Of a stretch of 64,000 nucleotides of DNA, positions 51,876 through 61,600 are shown one piece after another (within the stretch, counting starts at the first letter, position 1; each line of letters starts with the position of its first letter). Made by a program: the position numbers and the translations under genes. Under the pieces are notes generated by a model. It was not told the origin of the DNA. It searched no databases and was given only the letters and a program-made list of their open reading frames with translations. Origin of the DNA: a virus; the IMG/VR virus record IMGVR_UViG_3300045988_014525; one strand, given 5' to 3'.

Positions 51876-52376
51876 ATGGAAGAAATAAGTCTTATTGGTC
51901 GTCCTGTTCTTACTGTTCCTAATGTAAGAGTTGTTGCTAGTGATACTTTCTTCACTAATAGAGCTAAAGATGGAACTATTGTTGAAGTTGTTGGTAGAAC
52001 ATTTGGAACAGCTGCTAATATTCGTAGAAACGAATTTAATAAAAGAATAGTATATAGTCTTAGTAAAGCTAGTTGTAAAGTCTATTACTATATTTGTTTT
52101 AATCTTAATTATAATTATAATATAATTGAATTAAAGCATTTAAATATAGCAAAAGAAACTTCTTTAAGTATAAGAAGTGTACCAACAGCTATTGAAGAGT
52201 TATTAACAAAAGAAGTTATATTTAAAACATCTCGTACTAGTCTTTATGTAGTAAATCCTAAATGTATTACTAATTGTTCTGTTGCTGATTTTGAGAAAGC
52301 ATATAATGATTTTAGTAATAAATATGATGTTAGATTTAATGATAATAATGAATTAATTTATACTAAGAAGCTATGA
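51876..52376 (+). CDS. Putative winged-helix DNA-binding protein (166 aa)
   Basis: LNIAKETSLSIRSVPTAIEELLTKEVIFKTSRTSLYVVNP looks like a helix-turn-helix plus beta wing. The operator-like palindromes lie upstream. Confidence 0.3.
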   Translation: MEEISLIGRPVLTVPNVRVVASDTFFTNRAKDGTIVEVVGRTFGTAANIRRNEFNKRIVYSLSKASCKVYYYICFNLNYNYNIIELKHLNIAKETSLSIRSVPTAIEELLTKEVIFKTSRTSLYVVNPKCITNCSVADFEKAYNDFSNKYDVRFNDNNELIYTKKL

Positions 52377-52594
52377 GAATATTTGGAACAGATTATATGA
52401 AACTAAAGATAGTTCGTAATAATACTCGTAAAGAAACTATTATTTGTCAGTCTTTAACTGATAGTTCAGTTGATTATGTGTATGAATCTGAATTTAATAA
52501 AAGAAAATGGAGTTTAAACGATGATATAGAAGTATTAGTCGATAATAGAGATATTGAAATAGGAGGTGATCTTTCTTTGTCTTTACAAAGCTAA
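52373..52594 (+). CDS. Hypothetical protein (73 aa)
   Basis: ORF track; ATG verified (ATGA junction). Confidence 0.5.
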   Translation: MRIFGTDYMKLKIVRNNTRKETIICQSLTDSSVDYVYESEFNKRKWSLNDDIEVLVDNRDIEIGGDLSLSLQS

Positions 52595-52612
52595 AATTAT
52601 AAGAATAAATTT

Positions 52613-52648
52613 AGCCCGTACTACTTTCACAAGCAATACGGGCTTTTT
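52613..52648. terminator. Hairpin between convergent genes (bidirectional terminator candidate)
   Basis: AGCCCGTA-N16-TACGGGCT followed by TTTT on the plus strand, with A/T-rich sequence on the other side. Confidence 0.6.
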
Positions 52649-52667
52649 CATGAGTTGTATTGTTATA

Positions 52668-55600
52668 TTAATCTTCTTCGCCAGTAATCTTATTAGCAAT
52701 GAATTGACCAAGACCACTAAACGGAGATTGACGTACTTTATAATAACTATTATTAGCACCTAAACGTTCATGTTTTCTAATTTGATTAACAACAGGAACT
52801 TGTTTAAGTAGATTAACTTTAAGTTTATTCTCTCCCGAATAAGTTCCAGATTGATATAGAAGATCATCAGCGTCACCAGTGAATATATAAGAACAACAAG
52901 CACCTAGAAGTTTAAGATTGTCATTAGCAATACTAAATGCTGCAACAGGTTGACTATATAGTTTCTGTCCTTCATTCATCATACCCCACGGATTATATTG
53001 AATAGTTTCAGACATAAGTCTATCTGCACTATAAAGAACATAATCTGCAATTTGAGTAGATTCATCATCATCGTCTAGCATTAGTTTACCAACTACAAAT
53101 AAAGCAACTGCTTTAGTAATAGCAATCCATTCTCCTAAACATCTACGAAGATTAGCTTTATCATATTCGGGAAGAACATTGTAATAAGTTACAAAGTTTC
53201 CGAAAAAGTCAACGTAGCCTTTAGCAATACCTTGAAGAGTACGAACGGCTTCTAGTTCATTGGAGTTATTTAACTCGTAGTACTTCCTTACGGGGAAAGT
53301 TATAAACTCTGCTAATGATACATAACTACCTTTATTAATAGTTTCACGAGTTTCATTATAAACTCCATCAAAATGTCCAAGACGATAACCAAAACGTTTT
53401 TGGAATCCCGGAACAAGATGTTTATGGAATTGCATTAATAAAGCTCCCCACCAAGATTGTTGAAGAGTGTTAGCACCGATTTTATCATAGATACCATGAA
53501 TATGATGATTAACAGTTAGAACTTTGTTACGGAAGTCAGCAATATCTGCATTAGTAAGAGGACTATCTTCTTTAAGTATTGCAACTCCATTACTTAATGT
53601 AAGTTGACTACGGAAAGTAGGAAGTTTGTCAAACTTAGAACGTTGTTCTTTACTATCTTCTTTATATTGTGCTACAAACTTATCTCGAACTTCTTTAGAT
53701 TGAGTACGTAAGAAGTTAGTTACCATATCTTGTTTGAATCTATTAAACTGTTCTTTAACAGCAAATGATTCTTTAATCTTATTACGATATTCATTATAAG
53801 TATTAACAAGATCGGGATTAACTTCATTAAGAACTTTGATCAAAGAGTTCTCACGAAGATTCTGAGTAAATGTTTCATATGATATAACAGCAGCTTTACC
53901 ATTTTCATCAACAGAAACTCTATGAGAGTTTAACATTGCTAACAAAGTAGTATTCTGCATATAATGTTCACCAGCACTTTGTTGAATAAACAATAAATCT
54001 TCTAGTTTACCAAGAGGATTACTACCTTTACCATAAGTTTCAGTAGCCATATCAGATTCTAGAATATTGAACAATCTAATAATAGCATTAGTTTCGCTAT
54101 TAGTAGTTTCGCTATAAGCATCTGCAAAATAACTACCAATAGACAAAGCATATTCGTTTTCAGCTTTACGGAAATCACTATATTTAAAGTATTGTCCGGC
54201 TGCCATCTCCATCTGAATCTGAGTCTTACCATAAAGAACATTAGCAATACCACCAGTAAGATTTAACATCATAAATTTACTAGATACCATATTACGAAGA
54301 ACACGAGATACTTTAGAACGAGTACCTTCATCTAATTCAAACTCATTGAATATAAGTTTGCGAACTTGACTTTCAAAGTGTTTAGTAATATTAGCATTCT
54401 CATTTTTAAAAGTACGAAGTTCTTCTTTACCTGTAATACGACTAAGAAGTCTATTGCTAGATATTTCGTTATTAGGAGCACGTTTGATGAAATCCATATT
54501 ACGAAGTTGATTGATAGTAATCTTAGCTAGACGAGAAGCATCATTACGAGAATTAAATAGATACATTTGATCTATAAAACTATTAAGTCTTTCGAGAACA
54601 TTAGGATTATTTCTTTCCTTAGTCTCTTCCATTCTTTGTCTATGAAGTTCTCTATTAGTAGCTAATGTTTCTTCTACATACTTAATATATTCTTCTTTAG
54701 TTTCACCTTCTTGTTTATCACGAATAGGTAAAGGTTTAACTTGTGAAAGACTATGTAACATAGGAGCATTACTGAATCTCTTATATAGATTAAATTCTAT
54801 ATCAGATTTATTAGGAGCATCATACCAACCATGACTACGTTTAAAGTCTTGCCAGTAATCTTTAAAACCTTTATCTTCTTTCTCGATTGCTTGATTAGGA
54901 AGATAGCCTTTATTGATATAAGCACGACTACGTTTATCTTTAACTAAACCATCAAGTAAGTTACTTACAGAAGAATATAATTGTTGCTGATAATTATTCA
55001 TTGCATAATACTTATCATTAGTATAACGATCAGTACTAGGTTGAAGTTTATTATCAACAAACTTAGGATTATAATATTTATCTTTTACTTTAGTTTCTAA
55101 CCATTTAGATTTAGGACTATATTCCATATAACGAGCTTCATCCTTAACAACTCGTTGTCTCCATATCATTAATGGTTCATATTCATTAGTAAGAGGATTG
55201 AATACATGATTTTCATTATACCATTTCTCAAAACCTTCTTTACCTAATTGATTAGCTTTAACATACTCGTTTTCATAATAAGGAGTATTACGCCATTCAA
55301 TACGTTCATTTATCCAAGCTTGTGATTCACGATCTTTTTCAACTAAACGATTTTTAGCAGCAAGAAGCATTTGCTCTTCGTGCTTTTTAATATTCTCAAT
55401 TTGAGTAGGATTAAAACGAGTACCATCTATAATACCGTTCTTATCGTACTTACCTCTAGACATAGTTAAGATATATCCAGTAATAGGATTACCACGTTTA
55501 GTTTGCTTATATACATTATTAAGTTCTCGAATAAATTCTGGACTAAGACGATAGTTAGTATTAGCATCTAACCAAGCAACTGCTTCACGATAAGTCTCAG

Positions 55601-58600
55601 AATCACTAGGATATTGTAGATTAGCAATAGCTTGCTTATATCGTTCTTCAAATGCTTGTTTTGGCTTAGTCTCTTTATATTTAGTATTAAGCTGCTTCCT
55701 ACGAGTAAAATAGTTATTAACTGCATTAGCTTCATGATAGTTTTCACGATAATTACCAAGTTCATCAATAGTAGATCTCATATCTTGTATTTCAGAAAGA
55801 ATCTCTTCAAGACGTGCAGCATTCTGAGGAGTAAGAGTACTATAATCATTATCAGTCATAGTACTAAGTATTTCTCCTTCTTCTTGCATTAACTTCTTTA
55901 ATTTAATATAAGTTTTAGGATATTTATCTAATATCTTATTTAAATAAAAGTAATCTTGATACATGTCTTTAACATATTGACGTTCTACATTATCAATTAA
56001 GAACTTTTCAAGAGCATCGGCAGCTTTCTTATATTCAATACCATTACGACCGTTTTCATCTTTAATCTGAGCAAGTTTAAGATTATCTTTTAAAGTTTGC
56101 AAAGTATCTAAGAATGTCTGATTATAAGGAAGCAATAAGTTTCCGTTTTCATCTAATATATCATTAAGAGATACATTAACACCATTCTTATTTGCTTCTT
56201 CAATAATCTTAGATACTTCAGCAGTAAATGCAATCTTCTTATCACGAGCATCTATCTCAGCTTTACGAAGTTCTTGCATCATCTTCTTTAATACTATTTG
56301 CACAATAGGAATATGAGTTTCTTGACTATCGGCTAAATAATACTGGAAGAAATTCTCATCTTCAATAGCAGCAGTAATTTCTAACATTCCTGATTTAATA
56401 CGAGGATCGTTAGTAAGACTACTAATATAAGTATCGAAGTACATTTTAGTACTACGTTTAAGAGTATTATCTAAAGCACTAATACGAGTAAACTTGTCTT
56501 TAAGTTGCTTCAATACTTCATTAGTTCTACGCATTCCATCTATCTCTTCTTGTGATTCAGCAATAGCCATTGCTTCATCTATATTATAAGGTTGAAGAGA
56601 TTCAATTATAGAGTAGTCACTAATGAAACGATTAATATCATCGAGAAACATTTCATAACGAGTACGAAGTGATTCATCTTTCAACATCATATCGAATAAC
56701 TTCTTATTAGTAATACTAATGTTCTCAAGAATCTTTCCATCTTTATTTTCAATACGAACAAAGTTATGAACATCAAACAAGAAATCATCAATACGACGAT
56801 TAGTATAACCATTGATAATTTTAAGAGCTTGCTCTCTCATATTATCGTTAAGTTTACTAGCATTATTAGCTCGAAGATCAAGAGTGTTGAAAGAACGAAA
56901 AGCATCGGTAAGAGCATCTTCTTGAATATTAGCATTATTACGTTCAATAGATTCAATTACTTTAGCTATATAATCATTAATCTCTTTATCGTTATCAATA
57001 AGAGCAGATTCGAGGACATCTTCATTTTGGAATGCTTCTTCTGTTTGAACACGAAGTATATTATTGTTAGAGAACTTATCTAATAACTGATTTTGCTTAA
57101 CAACTTGTTCAAGTACAGATCGTCTAGGATAAACAAGTTTAAGCATTCCATTCTCATTGATTTCTTTATTAACAAGATAATCATGAGTCGTTCTAATACT
57201 TTTAGAAGTTACTCTTCCTAAATTAGTTACTACATAATTAGTTCCTTCTTTATTATAACGAAACATTCCTCCCGAACGTAAACCAGTATTATCTATCACA
57301 GATTGAAGAACAGGAACAAATGCAATACCATTAGTCTTAACATCTGATAGAGTTTGATTAATACTAGTTTTAAGTTGAGTGTAATAAGGCGATTCAGAAT
57401 TATCACTACGTTTAGTTCTAAGTTGAACTTCATTAGCTTCTATCTTAGCATTAGCAATACGTTCACGTTCAGCAACTAAATCTGCATTATTACGGTTAGA
57501 AATAGCAACGCGAATATTCTCGAAGTTGGTATTAGGAACAACAACAGTATAATCTTTTATTCCTGCCTCTTCTAGTTGATTCATAGTATCTATAATAGTT
57601 TTATTATCAGAACTAGAGATAACATATTTATTAGCAGGTGATAAGTTAGATGATTCCTTTACGGGGGAAGTCAAAACTATCGCATTAAGAACATCTGCTA
57701 TTCCTAAACTAGAACCTTCATTAGTTATACTAGGAATAATTAAGAACTTACGAGATTTACTATTAATACCTTTGCTTACTTGTGTAATGGCAGGAATAGA
57801 ATTATAATAAAAATCTAATGATTTATTAATAGCATCAACAGGAAGAAAACGATTATTTTCTAGATTAATACTAACATCAGCAATCTCATTATCTTCTAGC
57901 TTATTAAGAGGAATAAGATCAACAGTCGAACCATGATTAATAACTTTAAACAAAGTAGATTCATTACTATTTTGATACATATTAGTTTTAATATAGCTTT
58001 TAGTAACTGGGTCTTTTTCACTACCAGTAACTATTCTTCTAAGTCTAGCTTCTTTAATACTAATAGTTGCTGCGCCTAATTGATTAAAAGTAATTCTAGG
58101 AGAATTCTTATACTTCTTGTTTTCAAACGAATAAACATCAGGAAGATTAGGATTACTTCTAAAGAATATATCTTTTAATTCATCTATTGCTTGTCCTCTA
58201 TCTAACGTATCATAAGAACTAGTTTCTTCAATTGTATTCTTTATAAGGTTATCAATAGCTTTCTCAGAATCTAATATAATTCCAGTTCCAGTAGACAATC
58301 CATTATTAGAATCAATACCGTTATCTTCTGTATAAAGAAGTTCAGCAGGAATAATTTTACTAACGCTACCTCCTTTAAAAGAATAACCTTCTACTACAAT
58401 ACCATAACGAACTAAATCCATAGCTGTTAATTTAACAAATGGATTATCACTATTCCAAGCATTACGAAACATTTGATATTGAGCTTCGGTAGATATAGTA
58501 CTATCAATAATAGTTATTTGATCTTTACTATTACGACGACCACGATATTCAACATTAAGATTCTTAAATAGATTATTATCAGAAGTAACATTTTGCATAA

Positions 58601-61600
58601 TAGCAACTTTATTAGCAGGAGATAACTTCATGAACTTTTCTACATTAGCTTCGGATAAATCAGAAACATCAAACTTACCTACAATATCTACATAACCGTA
58701 TAGTCTTGCACGAATATCTTCTTGACTAGAAAGAAGATTAAGATTATAACTAGGAATAAACTCGTTAGTGCTTTTAGTCATAAAACGGTTAGTGTTGACA
58801 AAAGTAGACTGAGCTTGTCCTAAGTTGATAATGAAGCTTTCTAGTTTTTGAATAGTCTTTAATGAGTTAACATCAAACGCATTAATAAGAGATTTAAAAG
58901 CAGGCGTTTGAGTTTTAAATATACCGCTATCTTGAATAATCATTTTAGTTGCTATACAACTATATTTTAGTTGATAGTATAAAGAAGGATATGCAGATTC
59001 TGATTTATCGCTATTTACTTCATTGATATTTCTAAATGAAGTTTTAGGATAAATAGCACCTATTAGATAACTTCCATAATCAGAAGTAAGAACAGGATTA
59101 GTAGATGTTTTACCAGAATTAAAATTCTTATCTTTTAGTTCTCGAATTCTTTTAAGAACTTGATCGATTTCATTAACTGATTTTCCAGCACCAAACTTAT
59201 CACTAGTAATAACTCTCATGTTACTATTGACTTGATCAGCTATATTCTTATAATGTTCAAATACATTAAGAACTTTAAGTTGAGCGATTAAATCTTCAAC
59301 GTTTTCAACTTTATCTATTCCATTTTTAAATGAATCATTAGAGTATTTCTTTAATACTTCAACTGGCATTCCTTTATCAAGAAACTCATTCTCATTTATT
59401 CCAATTGATTCAATATATTTTTTTAAACTATCTAGAGTATCTGTCTTCTTAGCAGTTCGTCCATTTGCTTTAGCAATTGCCATATATAAATCTCGACGAA
59501 CAGTAGTAATAGGACTAAAACCTTGTTCGCCGAATACATTATCATTGGCATTTTGTCTATTTATTAACTCAGTAACAATAGGCTGATTAACAAATCGAAT
59601 AGAAGTTTCATAATTAGCACCACAGTTAACGATAGACTTATAGACATCAAATGTATATAAATCTACATTAGGAACACCACCTTCTTTAACACCGTCAAGA
59701 ATCAAAGCAGTAGTTTCAGAAGAATAAGGAGTAAGTAAACGATCATCTATATTAAGATTGTCATAACTCCATCCTAACATATTATGATTAACAGTAATAG
59801 TATTATCTTCTCGTTTAACATTCTTCTTACCAAATCGTTTATTTAATACAGTAAGTTTCTTCTTAGCTTCTGCTTCATTAGCATAACTATAAGTAAATTT
59901 AAAACCACCATATAAACCTTCAATAGTAGTCTTAGCTTTATTACTAATAGAAACAAAATTATCGTGATTAACTGAAATAGCTTTAAGACGAGCACCGGAC
60001 ATATTGGCATCACGATACCAATTCTGAGCAATAACAGAATTGATGTTACGATAGACTTCACTAAGATTACCGAATACAGTAGTCTTAGCATTCTTAATAT
60101 CTTCAAAGTTACTAGAAGATAAATTCTCACCAATAGATACTGGAAGATTCATTATATTAATAAATGTATCTACTATTTTATTGTTACGAGCATCACGAGT
60201 ATTTTGTTGAGCTACTGTTAATTGACTAAATTCTTCAAGAGACATAGCTCCTACTATTTCAGCTCTTGCTTGAATAGTTTGTTCTAATCTAGCTCTACGA
60301 GTTTCATCAGCATAATCAATAGCTAGTTGTTCAGCGTTATCTTTTACATTTTGATAAAATTCTCTTTGTTCATTAATAACAGATTGAATATTACGATACT
60401 GTTGTGCAAACTTAGCAACATATTCATCATTAGCATATTCACTTTCATAAAAGTTCATCTTACTTACAATAGCATCTACTCTTTCACCAAACTTTAATTC
60501 TTTTGATTTAAAAGTAATAGTAAGATTATCTTTTACTTCTCTTGGAAGTACCGCCCATGTTTCGTCTGTTTCAGCTATTAAATCTCTAACTTGGTCAGTT
60601 AAGAATTTATCATATTCTTCATTAGCTTTACGAACAGTTTCTCTCGCAGCTTTACGAGCTTCTTTAAATTCTTCTTTAGTAAATTCAGAACTAGTAGCTT
60701 TACGAGTTTCTTTATCTATTAAAGAATTTATATAACCAATATATCTGCGATAAGTACTTACTTCATCTTCTCCATCTATATATTCGACCTTATTAGGTTT
60801 ACCATTTCTATCGAAATAAGCAGCATGATAAATACCATAAATACTATCAATATCAAAGTCAGCACCAGTTTGCAATACCCAATCATCTGGAACAACAATA
60901 GTAGAACCTTGAGTTTCATCAAGAAGTCCTACTACTTTCATTATACCAATAGATTGTTTACCTTCTGTTGGAATACGATAACCAATCATAGTATCGAGTC
61001 CTGCTTTCTGTAAATCTTCAAGTGTTACTTCTTTAATAAGATTACCTTCTGCATCATAAGTATTATATGCTTTTACTTGCCATTTAGGAAGAAGTATTTC
61101 TATTATCTGAGAACCGTCTTTATGGAAATTAAGTTTACGACCTAACTTATAACCATGCTTATCTTCAAATTTAGATTGAGTAAAGTCTCCTATCTTACCT
61201 TTAAGAGATTCTCCTAATTCAGTCATACCAATATTAACAACTTGACTAGCGTGGAATCCTTTAAGAGTTTGACGAGTAATATTATTAGTAAATATACTAT
61301 TAACAATACTTTCTAATTTAGAACGAACTAGATTACTCCAAGCAGGCATATAAGGAAGACCTGTCTCTGGATTAATCTCAGCATATTTACGATAATTACT
61401 ATCAAGTCCTCTACGAGTAAGTTCGTCTTTAATAAGTGCAATAAACTTATTATTATCAATAGCTACTGTTTCACCATCATAAGTTATTTCACCTTTGTTA
61501 TTTATTTCAACTCCAATACGAGAAGCAGCATCATTAAAACTTTCTTGAATATTAGCAGTAAAACAATCAAAGAAATCTTTAATAAGACTTTGACCTTCCG